Assembly: GCA_965249275.1 (NCBI GenBank)
Contig: CBDFLQ010000007.1
Location: 288,001-352,000 of the forward strand
Source of the DNA: Dehalococcoidia bacterium
GTDB taxonomy: Bacteria; Chloroflexota; Dehalococcoidia; Plut-88900
Reading direction: 5' to 3'
DNA: 64,000 nt
In this document: positions 29,877-39,754 of the stretch, piece by piece
Layout of the letters: each line of letters opens with the position of its first letter
How positions within the stretch are numbered: the stretch's first letter is position 1
Made by a program: the position numbers and the translations under genes
The notes under the pieces: model-generated
Told to the model about the DNA's origin: nothing
What the model saw: only the letters and a program-made list of their open reading frames with translations
The model's database searches: none

Positions 29877-31133
29877 ATGAGCACCGAGGCCACAATTATT
29901 AGCATCTCGCTTATTGCGTTCTTTATGGTGCTGTCAGCCTTCTTCTCCAGCTCCGAGACCGCATTCATGTCTCTCCAGCGGGTGAGGATACTCCACCTTG
30001 CCAACATAGGCCGGGCCGGAGCCAAGAAGATGCTGGACAGGATGGACCAGCCCGAGCGGACCCTATCCACCGTCCTCCTGGGTAACAATCTGGTCAACAT
30101 CGCCGCCGCGGCAGTCGGTACAGCCCTCGCAGTGGCGTGGCTTGGGGAAAACCTGGGGATCGCAGTGGCTACTTTGGGCATAGCGTTCCTCCTTCTCGTC
30201 TTCAGCGAAGTCATTCCCAAGACCTTTGCAACTCGCCACGCCGAGTGGCTTGCCTTCCGTTACCTTAGACCCTTCGCCTTGGTGGAAGTCTTACTCTTGC
30301 CTGTCTCCGTCTTCCTGGAGCTCATCGGACGCGGCATTATCAGTCTGAGCGGCGGGCGGATTGGCGCTAGAAATCTGGTCAGCGCCGAGGTCCTCCGCTC
30401 CGTCATCTCCGTAGGTCGGGAGCACGGCGCAGTCGACCGCGAAGAAGCCAAAATGCTCCAGAACGTTCTTGTTTTCAGGGACCGACTCGTCAAAGAGGTG
30501 ATGACCCCGCGCACCGAGATGGTGTGGCTCGACGAGGACACCACCCTTAACACTTTCCTTGACGAATACGACACCGCCCCCCTCTCCCGATTCCCGGTCT
30601 ACAAAGAGGCCTACGACAACGTAGTCGGTATCCTGCACACCCGGGACGTCATCAGGGCCCTGCACGGCGGCCAGGTGCAGTCCGACAGCCAGCTCATCGA
30701 GCTAGTCCGCCCGATCCAGTTCGTCCCCGAAACCAAGCGCCTCGGCGACCTCTTTTTCGAAATGCGCTCCTCCGGTCAACAGATGTACCTCGTCGTCGAC
30801 GAATACGGCGGAGTCTCAGGACTCGTAACCAATCAGCAGCTTGTAGCCGCCATCATGGGTCGAGTCGCGGACGACGAGGCCGGTCGGGACGAAGTCGAAG
30901 AGCTGGAGTCCGGTGCTTTCCAGGTCGACGGCGGAATGCCTATTCAGGAAGCCAACGAGACCCTCGGCTTCAATATCCCCGACGGTGACTACGAGACCAT
31001 TGCAGGCTTCGCCCTCGATATCCTCGCCCACATCCCCACCGAGGGCGAAGCCTTCCGCTTCCAGGGACGCCGCATCACCATCTCCGAGATGAAGGGTGTT
31101 AAAATCGAAAAGTTGCTGGTCTCCAAACGCTAG
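29877..31133 (+). CDS. hemolysin/CNNM (DUF21-CBS-CorC) membrane protein
   Basis: SAFFSSSETA, LLGNNLVN, EVIPK, VMTPR, VVDEYGG. Confidence 0.92.
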   Translation: MSTEATIISISLIAFFMVLSAFFSSSETAFMSLQRVRILHLANIGRAGAKKMLDRMDQPERTLSTVLLGNNLVNIAAAAVGTALAVAWLGENLGIAVATLGIAFLLLVFSEVIPKTFATRHAEWLAFRYLRPFALVEVLLLPVSVFLELIGRGIISLSGGRIGARNLVSAEVLRSVISVGREHGAVDREEAKMLQNVLVFRDRLVKEVMTPRTEMVWLDEDTTLNTFLDEYDTAPLSRFPVYKEAYDNVVGILHTRDVIRALHGGQVQSDSQLIELVRPIQFVPETKRLGDLFFEMRSSGQQMYLVVDEYGGVSGLVTNQQLVAAIMGRVADDEAGRDEVEELESGAFQVDGGMPIQEANETLGFNIPDGDYETIAGFALDILAHIPTEGEAFRFQGRRITISEMKGVKIEKLLVSKR

Positions 31134-31169
31134 TCCCTCCTCTCTCGAATCCCATCACCAATCACCAAT

Positions 31170-31784
31170 ATGCGAATAATCCTCGTTAGACACGGCGAAA
31201 CCGACGCCAACAAGCAGGGGCGATTCCAGGGCGCCAGCGACGCCCGGCTCAATGACACCGGTCTCTCCCAGGCCGCGGCCCTCGGACGCCGACTTGCGTC
31301 CGAGAAGCTCGTTGCCGTCTACTGCAGCCCCCAGACCCGTGCCATCCAGACCGCAACCCCCATCGCCGAGGCCCTCGGCCTCCCCATCGAGACCTTGGAC
31401 GGACTTCGTGAGCTGGATATCGGCGAGCTCGACGGCCTCCAGGCCAACGACCTCCGGGAACGTTATTCCCACATCCTCGATCAGTGGCGCACAGACGTCG
31501 GCACCCTCACAATGCCCGGCGGGGAGTCCATTGTCGGTCTGCAGCTGCGCACGTGGGAAGCCATCCAGAAGATTCGCGAACGCCATGAGGAAGACATCAC
31601 CGTTGCCGCCATCAGCCACAATTTCGCCATACAGAGCATCCTGATCAAGGCCTTGGGTATGGATCTGCGAAACTTCCAGCGTATTAGGCAGGACCTGGCC
31701 GCAATCAGCGAGGTCGACTTCAGGAACGGCGAGCCCTCCCTCAAGTCCCTCAATGATCGGTGCCACCTTTCGGGGCTGGCTTAA
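31170..31784 (+). CDS. histidine phosphatase (PGM/CobC/PspA family)
   Basis: LVRHGET, LRELDIGE, PGGES, ISH. Confidence 0.9.
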   Translation: MRIILVRHGETDANKQGRFQGASDARLNDTGLSQAAALGRRLASEKLVAVYCSPQTRAIQTATPIAEALGLPIETLDGLRELDIGELDGLQANDLRERYSHILDQWRTDVGTLTMPGGESIVGLQLRTWEAIQKIRERHEEDITVAAISHNFAIQSILIKALGMDLRNFQRIRQDLAAISEVDFRNGEPSLKSLNDRCHLSGLA

Positions 31785-31808
31785 CCGAACCCCGAGGAGG
31801 CTCCTGTC

Positions 31809-33242
31809 ATCACTGGAAGTAAGAAATCCATCAGTGCGCTAGAATCGCCCGTCCGCGCGTTCATCCTCGACCACGGCCTCGCCCACGACCCACGACCTCT
31901 TGTCCTTGGCGTCTCCGGAGGCCCCGACTCCCTATCTCTCCTCCACGCCCTACACCACCTCTCTCCCGAGCTAGGTCTCTCCCTCCACGTCGCCCACTTC
32001 AACCACGGCCTGCGTGCCGATGCCTCTGACGCCGACGCCGATTTCGTTGCCTCTCAAACCGAGAGCCTCGGCCTCCCCTTTTCCACCGCCAAGGAATATG
32101 TAAGGTCCCGTGCCAAGGGGCACAGCCGCTCTCTCGAAGAACAGGCCCGTGATGCGCGCTATGATTTCCTTGCCCGCGTCGCCGCCGAGCAAAATACCTC
32201 CGGTGTCGCTGTCGCCCACACCGCCGACGACCAGGCCGAGACCGTCCTGATGCACCTGATAAGAGGGACCGGCCTCCGTGGTCTTAGGGGTATGTTCCCC
32301 GTCGTGGAAACGCAATCGGTCTCCGGGCTGGACCTGAAGTTATTCCGCCCCTTGTTGTCGGTCTCCCGTCAACAGACCGAGGACTATTGCAGAACCTTGC
32401 CCCTTGAACCTCGTATCGACCACACTAACCTCCTCCCGGAAACGTTGCGAAACCGGATCAGGCTCGAACTACTGCCCATGCTCGGGGAGTACAACCCCAG
32501 GTTCTCCGATGCGCTCCTCCGCCTCGCCGATTCCGCCAACCTGGACCTCTCCTTCATCGAGTCCCGCGTCGCTGCGATATGGCCGGAGGCGGTGGAAGAG
32601 ATGGCCGGAGGACTATCCATATCCCGCAGAAAGCTCTCAGATATACACCCCGCCTTGCGCCGTCGAGTCCTGTCGCAAGCCTTGGAGTCGGTGTCCGGTA
32701 GCCCATTGGACATCGAAGGTGTCCACGTAAAATCGCTGGAGTCCCTGCTGACCGGAGACACTGGCTCCGAGCTTGACCTGCGCAAAGGCGTCCGAGCCTC
32801 CCTGGGCTACGACCACCTCACCCTGACCAAGATCCCCACCCCACCCCCAACCCCCCTCCCCGAAGAAGAGCGGCCTATCACCGTACCCGGCAAAACTCTA
32901 CTGCCTGGCTGGAAGATCACAGCCACCGTTGACGAAGCAACCTCTAGCGAATGGAATGCAGACCCATATTCCTCTCTCTTTGATATGGACAAAGTGTCGG
33001 GGCATATCACCGTGCGTCGCCGCCGAAACGGCGACCACTTCATCCCCATCGGCATGTCTGGCTCCAAAAAGCTCCAGGACTTCCTCACCGATGCCAAAGT
33101 CCCCAGAAATCACCGCGACTCCATACCCATTGTCCTCTCCGACGATAAAATTATCTGGGTTGTCGGCTACCGCCCCTCCAACCACGCCAAGCTCACCCCC
33201 ACCACCCGACACACTCTCCGGCTTGCCTTTGAGCCCGTCTAG
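31809..33242 (+). CDS. tilS: tRNA(Ile)-lysidine synthetase (inferred ATC start)
   Basis: SGGPDS PP-loop, HFNHGLR, ARDARY, AHTADDQAET all lie upstream of the track ATG at 32250; RNRIR and C-terminal TilS domain follow. Confidence 0.93.
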   Translation: MTGSKKSISALESPVRAFILDHGLAHDPRPLVLGVSGGPDSLSLLHALHHLSPELGLSLHVAHFNHGLRADASDADADFVASQTESLGLPFSTAKEYVRSRAKGHSRSLEEQARDARYDFLARVAAEQNTSGVAVAHTADDQAETVLMHLIRGTGLRGLRGMFPVVETQSVSGLDLKLFRPLLSVSRQQTEDYCRTLPLEPRIDHTNLLPETLRNRIRLELLPMLGEYNPRFSDALLRLADSANLDLSFIESRVAAIWPEAVEEMAGGLSISRRKLSDIHPALRRRVLSQALESVSGSPLDIEGVHVKSLESLLTGDTGSELDLRKGVRASLGYDHLTLTKIPTPPPTPLPEEERPITVPGKTLLPGWKITATVDEATSSEWNADPYSSLFDMDKVSGHITVRRRRNGDHFIPIGMSGSKKLQDFLTDAKVPRNHRDSIPIVLSDDKIIWVVGYRPSNHAKLTPTTRHTLRLAFEPV

Positions 33243-33262
33243 GAAGTGTGGATTAGACACTT

Positions 33263-33508
33263 CTTATTTGCGTTATTAGCCCATTACGATAATAAGCATT
33301 TATATAATTTTCATTCCCGAAAATAAAGGAGCGTACTGGTGCCCTAGGGTTTCGCCCAACGAGGCCACCGGAGCATCCCTGGCTTTTTTCTCACGGGTAA
33401 GGGGGTTATTTACAGAACGTACTCATCTGCATACATAGTTGTCTTATTTTCATTTAAATAGCATAATGCTAATAACGTGTCTCTAAATTAGCGGCGTTGA
33501 AAGTAAGG
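33263..33508. repeat. two 66-bp degenerate units upstream of fic (33263-33328, 33443-33508)
   Basis: CTTATT-N19-GMTAATAAS-N10-RTTWKS-N6-GAAARTA with identical spacing. Confidence 0.85.
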
Positions 33509-33514
33509 AATCCT

Positions 33515-34675
33515 GTGACTCTAGTGTCTATAGGTAATCGTCAACCCAGCGGTCGCATGGTGAGGTGCATCGGCGGTTATCAGGCTTATGTGCCGGATCC
33601 TCTCCCACCTCCCATAGTATGGAATCAGAGACTCACCGTCGCGCTCTCATCCGCCGACCGTGCTATCGGCAAGCTTGCGGGTGAAGGACGGCGCTTGCTC
33701 AATCCTCATCTCTTGCTGCGGCCATTTGTCCGTAAGGAGGCTGTTCTCTCCAGCCGCATCGAGGGGACCCAGGCTACCCTCGGCGAGCTCTTGATTAAGG
33801 AGGCTGGTGCCACCGTGTATCGGACTCACTCCGATCTCAATGAGGTGGGCAACTACGTCGCTGCGCTCGAATACGGCCTGAATCGCCTCGAAACATTGCC
33901 CTTGTCCTTGCGCTTGGTTTGCGAAATGCACGAACGGCTCATGCGAGGGGTTCGGGGCGACATGGCCATGCCCGGCGAGTTCCGACGTAGCCAAAACTGG
34001 ATTGGTCCGCCCGGTTCTAATCTGAGCAACGCCACTTATGTTCCGCCGCCCGTTCCCGAACTCATGCCTTGCCTGGACTCTTGGGAGCGGTTCCTGCATG
34101 ACGAGGCCCTTCCGCCTCTGCTCCATGTCGCCCTCGCCCACTCTCAATTCGAGGCTATTCACCCTTTTATCGATGGCAATGGCCGGATAGGGCGGCTGCT
34201 TATCACGCTTTTGCTGGTATCGAGAGAGATTCTTCCATCTCCCCTTTTATACCTGAGCGCCTATTTCGAGGCGACCCGACAAGAGTATTATGCGCGACTC
34301 CAGGCGGTAACGGAAAAGGGGGAATGGGAGGAGTGGCTGGTCTATTTCCTCAGGGGCGTAGTCATCCAGTCAGAGGATGCTTTGGACCGGGTAAGGCGCA
34401 TCGACGAGTTGTTCGCTGGCTGGAAAAGGCTGCTTGCCGACGGAAGATCAAGGCTCCCCGAATCTGCACTCGAACTCTTCATCGAAAACCCCTTCTGGAC
34501 TATACAGAGGGTAGCCGAGAGGCTGAACGTTGCATTCACAACTGCCCAGCGCGCCATCGACAGGCTGGAGTCCGTAGGAATCGTCGCTCAGGTCGGAGAA
34601 GCGAGACGAAACAGGGTCTATTGTGCAGAGTCGGTCCTCAACGTTTTGGAGGAACCAACACCCCTCCCTACCTAG
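33515..34675 (+). CDS. Fic family protein (class II) with C-terminal winged HTH
   Basis: SSRIEG inhibitory motif, HPFIDGNGRIGR Fic motif, TIQRVAERLNVAFTTAQRAIDRL HTH; GTG 33515 behind TAAGGA. Confidence 0.93.
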   Translation: MTLVSIGNRQPSGRMVRCIGGYQAYVPDPLPPPIVWNQRLTVALSSADRAIGKLAGEGRRLLNPHLLLRPFVRKEAVLSSRIEGTQATLGELLIKEAGATVYRTHSDLNEVGNYVAALEYGLNRLETLPLSLRLVCEMHERLMRGVRGDMAMPGEFRRSQNWIGPPGSNLSNATYVPPPVPELMPCLDSWERFLHDEALPPLLHVALAHSQFEAIHPFIDGNGRIGRLLITLLLVSREILPSPLLYLSAYFEATRQEYYARLQAVTEKGEWEEWLVYFLRGVVIQSEDALDRVRRIDELFAGWKRLLADGRSRLPESALELFIENPFWTIQRVAERLNVAFTTAQRAIDRLESVGIVAQVGEARRNRVYCAESVLNVLEEPTPLPT

Positions 34676-34686
34676 CCCCGACCACA

Positions 34687-34906
34687 CTTATTAGCTCAAT
34701 GTAGCCTTTATGCTAATAAGCATGCACGTAGTTTTGGTTTCGGAAAATATGGGGCGTTCCAACACTCAGGGCTTCAGCCAGTAGGCCGAGCCCACCCTAC
34801 GACACCCTCTCCCCACCTAGCATCGGCAGCCAATACACCCCTTATTTGCACAATATGGCCTGAACGCTAATAACTATGTGGGCAATTTTCAAACCCGAAA
34901 ATAAGT
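34687..34906. repeat. two further 66-bp units downstream of fic (34687-34752, 34841-34906)
   Basis: same consensus and spacing as the upstream units, direct orientation. Confidence 0.85.
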
Positions 34907-34957
34907 GCCCGCCTGCCGATGTAGAGCTTTTCTCCTAGCCTCTATTTTCATCCGTGT

Positions 34958-35701
34958 CTAGGCTAGAGCGGCTTCCACGAATTCCTTGTGTTTCTGGTAG
35001 CAGTACCGGCACACTGGTTTTGCCCGGCTAGTTTTCCAGCTCTTAGCGCACAGATGACAGTGTTTTTCTTCAAATTTATCGTTTTTGTATTTGTCCCAGC
35101 TTTTTAAGTGAGTCTCGCAGTAAGGTATCCCCGGGTTTGCTTTCAGCGGTCTTTTGCAGCGAAGACAGTAGCCCTCACTAGGCGAACCTGTGCTCAATTG
35201 GATTCCTTTAGTGCTTTGGCTGAATGCTAAATAGCCTGTGGAAGTTTCCTTGACTTTTTTGCTCTTCTTAGGGGCTTCCACCACCTCACTGATACGCTCT
35301 ATGTCTCTGGCTTCTTTGAGTATTTCTTCGTAGAGCTTCGGGTCATTCTCAAGAGAGACGCGAATTCCCATCTCTCGATTGTTCTCTTGAGAATACTCAT
35401 ATAAATTCATTGAAGTCAGGATTGCCTCTTTCTCGTTGAGGTAGCACTTGGCGTGTAGATTCTTGCAAAACTTTGTTTCAATCCATTCTATGGACTTCAG
35501 CCAGCTATCTTCTTCAGACTGCAGTTTCTTCTTTCCGTAAACAACAGTTACGCTTGTCAGGTGCCCCGTACCTTCAATACGCTTCTTAATGTCATCGTCA
35601 AATTTAAGGTAGGGACTAATGAGCAGAATACACTGCTCAGCGTTCCTGATGATGCTCTCTATCCCTGCTGTTGTGCTTTTCCGAGTCAGAAACTCCGCCA
35701 T
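34958..35701 (-). CDS. PLD-superfamily nuclease-like protein with Cys-rich C-terminus
   Basis: ISPY, LHAKCY...TSMNL...NREMG single HKD-type domain; CLRC, YCETH, CHLC, CRYC. Confidence 0.8.
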   Translation of the reverse strand: MAEFLTRKSTTAGIESIIRNAEQCILLISPYLKFDDDIKKRIEGTGHLTSVTVVYGKKKLQSEEDSWLKSIEWIETKFCKNLHAKCYLNEKEAILTSMNLYEYSQENNREMGIRVSLENDPKLYEEILKEARDIERISEVVEAPKKSKKVKETSTGYLAFSQSTKGIQLSTGSPSEGYCLRCKRPLKANPGIPYCETHLKSWDKYKNDKFEEKHCHLCAKSWKTSRAKPVCRYCYQKHKEFVEAALA

Positions 35702-35772
35702 TGCGCGCTTACTCCCCAGCCATAATACGAAACTTAGGCCGAATTGACGTATTTACTCACCACCCCACCCTC

Positions 35773-36813
35773 CTACAACACCCTCTTCAACTTCGGATTC
35801 TCAGTCAACCCCGGGATCCGACCCCGCTTCGCAATGGCTTTCCCGTCCACCTCATGAATATCTGCGGTGAAGTTGATGGGCCCGGCATTGCTGATATGTC
35901 CCCCCACCCCGAAGCTGTCCACCGGCGCATCATTCTCCCTGAAGTAGCGAATGCGCTCCGGGTCCAACCCCCCGCTCACGATCAGCCGTACCGAGTTGAA
36001 TCCTTCCAGGTCCAGCCGAGCCCGTATCTCCTTGACCAACTCCGCCGTCACCCTGCCCCGTTCCCACGGCGTATCCACCCTAACCCCGGCCAATCTCTCC
36101 CGCATCGCTCGGGCCACGCGCAGACTCTCCTCCGCTTCATCCTTGAAGGTGTCTACCAGCACTATTCTTGGCACTTCCGGACCCTGGCTCCGGTCGAAGG
36201 CTTCTGCCGCTTCCAATGTGTCTCCCATCACCAGGATCAGTGCATGGGGCATGGTCCCCGTAGGCGCGACTCCCGCCAGCGCCGCGCCGTCTATCGAGGC
36301 GCACCCCTGGCACCCGGCCAGCACCGCCGAGTACTCCATCCTTCCCGAGACCAGCGGGTGTACGTGCCTCGCCCCGAAGCTCACAACAGGAATACCCCCA
36401 GCCGCCTCCACACACTCCCGGGCCGCAGTAGCCCACCCTGTGCAGTGCGACAAAATCCCCAGCAGCGGCGTCTCGTACAGGCCGAAGGGTCTGTAGGGCG
36501 CCCGCACCCTCATCACCACCTCTTTTCGCTCTATCTCCGACCCCTCTTCGATGGCCTCCACTTCCCTGTCTTCGGGAGGCACCACTTCCTCAATCAGCTG
36601 AAGCGCTTCGTCTATGCCGCTCAGAATTCCAGGCTTACTGGGGAAAAACTCCACGGTGCATATCGGGTTCAGGCCCTCGGCTTCAAGAACTTGCTGAGCG
36701 CGCCGGAAGTAGATGTCCGTCGTCTCTCCGGACAAGACCCAGTCCGGAAGGGGAAATTTCGGGCGAGTCGCTGAGCCTAAGGAAGGTGGTAGATCATCTT
36801 GGGTAATAGCCAT
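35773..36813 (-). CDS. pncB: nicotinate phosphoribosyltransferase (short type)
   Basis: TDIYF, SFGARH, GTMPHA, LVDTF, VRVDT, SGGLD, FGVG. Confidence 0.9.
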   Translation of the reverse strand: MAITQDDLPPSLGSATRPKFPLPDWVLSGETTDIYFRRAQQVLEAEGLNPICTVEFFPSKPGILSGIDEALQLIEEVVPPEDREVEAIEEGSEIERKEVVMRVRAPYRPFGLYETPLLGILSHCTGWATAARECVEAAGGIPVVSFGARHVHPLVSGRMEYSAVLAGCQGCASIDGAALAGVAPTGTMPHALILVMGDTLEAAEAFDRSQGPEVPRIVLVDTFKDEAEESLRVARAMRERLAGVRVDTPWERGRVTAELVKEIRARLDLEGFNSVRLIVSGGLDPERIRYFRENDAPVDSFGVGGHISNAGPINFTADIHEVDGKAIAKRGRIPGLTENPKLKRVL

Positions 36814-36835
36814 GAAATTTCAGGTTTCAGAGACT

Positions 36836-37372
36836 TCAGCTGACAGTCTGAGGCTGCACTACCCTGGCCCCGAGCACTTGCTCTATGTGATCGAGAGCAA
36901 ACCGATGCACTTCTTCAGAATAGCTGGCCACGGCATCCGCGGGCACCTCGACTTGGTAGTCTCGATTTCGGGCATCGGCCACCGTGTGCATGATGCAAAC
37001 GTTGGTGCAAACCCCGCACACGATGATCTTCTCGGGGTCCAGCGCCCTCAGCCTTTCATCGAGGTCGGTATTGAAGAAACCGCTGTACCGCTGCTTGGGT
37101 ATAACGTCCCCCTCAAAATCCACCAGTTCGGGGATTATCTCCGTCTCCGAGGTTCCCCGGACGCAGTGTTCGGGAAACATCTCAAACTCCAGGTCGTCGG
37201 GCTCGTGGTTGTCGCACAGGAAGATGATTTTGCTTCCCAGCCGAGACTCACGCTCTATCAGGTCTCGCACCACCGGAACAATACACCGCGCCGACTCCCC
37301 CGTGTAAAGATTGCCGCCCTCTTCGCAGAAACCCCGTACCATATCTACTACTAGTACTATGTTCGGCATCAC
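36836..37372 (-). CDS. pncA: nicotinamidase/isochorismatase family cysteine hydrolase
   Basis: VVDMVRGF, FPEHC, KQRYSGF, GVCTNVC; adjacent to pncB. Confidence 0.82.
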   Translation of the reverse strand: MMPNIVLVVDMVRGFCEEGGNLYTGESARCIVPVVRDLIERESRLGSKIIFLCDNHEPDDLEFEMFPEHCVRGTSETEIIPELVDFEGDVIPKQRYSGFFNTDLDERLRALDPEKIIVCGVCTNVCIMHTVADARNRDYQVEVPADAVASYSEEVHRFALDHIEQVLGARVVQPQTVS

Positions 37373-37435
37373 ACACCTCCTTGCTAGACTGCAGTCTATC
37401 CTCCGGCAGGATGTTACCCCCGCCGAGGGATGGAT

Positions 37436-38179
37436 TCAAGGACGGGACTTGCTGACCCGGTTGCGAGGCTTGGGGATCCCACCCAAACGGAGCCTGAGCA
37501 GTCCCTGGAAATCCGCCCAGGCCGTGGAGAACACTCTGACTCGCGTGTCGGGATCGTCCACCCAATGCACGGGGACTTCCTTAACCCGGTACCCGTTCTT
37601 CTCGGCAAGTATCAGAAGTTCTGAGTCAAAGAACCACGCCTTGTCCCTGATCAAGGGAATTAGCTCGTTGGATGCCGTCTGACTTATCGCTTTGAATCCG
37701 CACTGGGCATCCGAAAAGTGGGTCCGGAACATGCATTTGATCAGCGTGTTGTAAGAACGGGAAATGAACTCTCGTTTCAGGCTCCTCTTCTCCACCCTGG
37801 AGCCTTTGGCTAGCCGGGTCCCGATGGCCACGTCAAACCCATCCTCAATGGACCCTATCAGCGCGGGCAGTGCATCCAACCGCGTCGAAAGGTCGACGTC
37901 CATGTAACACATCACGTCCGCCTTGCTATCCGTCCACGCCTTGAACAGTGCCCGCCCCCGACCCTTCTGATTGAGGTGCAGCAGAGACACCCGGCTGTCT
38001 TCGCTGGACAGTTTCTCGGCCACATCACGGGTGGAGTCGTTAGACCCGTTGTCCGCCACTACAATCCGCCATTCGCTGTTCGCCAATTCCCTCCGGGCAA
38101 ACTGGGATAAAGTAGCGATGCACTGGGGCAGCGCTGCCTCCTCGTTATAGACCGGAATGATTATGTCAATACTTCTCAA
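37436..38179 (-). CDS. GT2 polyprenol-phosphate glycosyltransferase-like protein
   Basis: IIPVYNE, ADNGSND, YMDVDLS, DAQCGFKA, WFFDSE. Confidence 0.88.
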   Translation of the reverse strand: MRSIDIIIPVYNEEAALPQCIATLSQFARRELANSEWRIVVADNGSNDSTRDVAEKLSSEDSRVSLLHLNQKGRGRALFKAWTDSKADVMCYMDVDLSTRLDALPALIGSIEDGFDVAIGTRLAKGSRVEKRSLKREFISRSYNTLIKCMFRTHFSDAQCGFKAISQTASNELIPLIRDKAWFFDSELLILAEKNGYRVKEVPVHWVDDPDTRVRVFSTAWADFQGLLRLRLGGIPKPRNRVSKSRP

Positions 38180-38224
38180 AGGGCCTTCTCCCGATTCAGA
38201 AAGGGTGATTTCTCCTTACCCGCC

Positions 38225-39754
38225 CTAATGCTTGAAGTGCCGTACTCCCGTGAACACCATCGCCATGCCTAGTTCATCCGCCGTATCAATGACCTCCTGG
38301 TCCCTTACCGATCCCCCCGGCTGCACCGCCGCAACCACCCCACCCCCCGCAGCCAGCTGTACGTTATCTGCAAACGGGAAGAACGCGTCGGAGGCCAACA
38401 CCGAACCTCTCGCTTTATCTTCTGCTGCTCTAAGGGCCAAGTGAACACTGTTCACCCGGTTCGGCTGCCCCGCCCCCATCCCGACCAACGCCATATCTTT
38501 AACAAGTACAATTGCGTTGGACTTCACGTGCTTTGCAGTCTTCCAGGCGAAAGCCAGGTCTTCCATCTCTCCAGGCGTCGGGCTGCGCTTGGTAACACAT
38601 TGCCAGGTTGAGGGGTCATCCCCACCCGAGTCCCGGGTCTGAACCAAATACCCTCCTTGAACTGTCTTCACATCCAAACTTGAACTGTCACTTCTCCCAA
38701 TACCCATCTCAAGTATTCGAAGATTCTTTCTCCTTTTGAGAAGGGCCAACGCTTCCTCTTCGAACGAGGGAGCAATGACGATCTCATAGAAGACCTTCGA
38801 GACCTCTTCTGCCGTCGCCAGGTCGATCTTCCGATTGCACGCCACAATGCCCCCGAACGCCGACACCGGGTCGCCTGCCAAGGCCCTCTTGTACGCCTCG
38901 GTGAGGTCTTCATGGCTGGCCAGGCCGCACGGGTTCATGTGCTTGATGACCGCCACCGCAGGCCCCTCGAAATCCGAGGCAGCACCCCACGCCGCATCCG
39001 CATCAGCAATGTTGTTGAAGGAAAGCTCTTTTCCCCAAAGCTGGTTCGCACCCGCAATCCCCCCACCCCGAGACATCGACCCCGCATAAAACGCACCCTG
39101 CTGGTGTGGGTTCTCGCCATAGCGCAGCCCCTGGGCCTTGGTCATGCCTATGGTCAGCTCATCGGGGAACGGGTCGCTCCCGTCTGACAGATAGTCGGCG
39201 ATGGCCGTGTCATATAGCGCAACGTGCCTGAACGCTTTTCGAGCCAGGTCCTTTCTGAGTTCGTGGTCAATAGTCCCATCCGCCAACCTTTGAGCTACCG
39301 CATCGTAGTCCCGGGGATCGACCACCACCAGCACGTGTGGGAAGTTCTTCGCCGAGGCCCGCACCAGCGTCGGCCCTCCTATATCGATATTCTCTAAAGC
39401 CTCCGCCAGGTCCACACCATCCCGACTGACAGTCTCCACGAACGGGTACAGGTTGACGACCACCATGTCTATCAGCCCGATTCCGTGCGACTCTAGTTGG
39501 CTCATGTGGTCCGGCACGTCCCGCCGAGCCAGTATCCCGCCGTGGACCGCCGGGTGCAGCGTCTTGACTCGACCGTCCAGGATTTCGGGGAAGCCCGTCA
39601 ACTCGGAAATGCTTTTGACCGGGGCCCCAGCCTCGGCGATGGCCTTCTTGGTGCCCCCCGTTGAGTAGATGTCGACACCCTGCTCAGCCAGCGCCCGGGC
39701 GAAAGGCCCTAGTCCCGTCTTGTCCGATACGCTGATTACCGCTCTCATATTCAC
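38225..39754 (-). CDS. purH: bifunctional AICAR transformylase/IMP cyclohydrolase
   Basis: ISVSDKTG, GRVKTLHP, IDIGGP, LRYGENPHQ, SDAFFPF. Confidence 0.97.
   Translation of the reverse strand: MNMRAVISVSDKTGLGPFARALAEQGVDIYSTGGTKKAIAEAGAPVKSISELTGFPEILDGRVKTLHPAVHGGILARRDVPDHMSQLESHGIGLIDMVVVNLYPFVETVSRDGVDLAEALENIDIGGPTLVRASAKNFPHVLVVVDPRDYDAVAQRLADGTIDHELRKDLARKAFRHVALYDTAIADYLSDGSDPFPDELTIGMTKAQGLRYGENPHQQGAFYAGSMSRGGGIAGANQLWGKELSFNNIADADAAWGAASDFEGPAVAVIKHMNPCGLASHEDLTEAYKRALAGDPVSAFGGIVACNRKIDLATAEEVSKVFYEIVIAPSFEEEALALLKRRKNLRILEMGIGRSDSSSLDVKTVQGGYLVQTRDSGGDDPSTWQCVTKRSPTPGEMEDLAFAWKTAKHVKSNAIVLVKDMALVGMGAGQPNRVNSVHLALRAAEDKARGSVLASDAFFPFADNVQLAAGGGVVAAVQPGGSVRDQEVIDTADELGMAMVFTGVRHFKH

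Noticed and set aside
33263-34906. 66-bp units as CRISPR repeats, integron attC or dif sites
   Set aside because: Too degenerate for CRISPR; no RYYYAAC/GTTRRRY ends; arms do not match XerC/XerD
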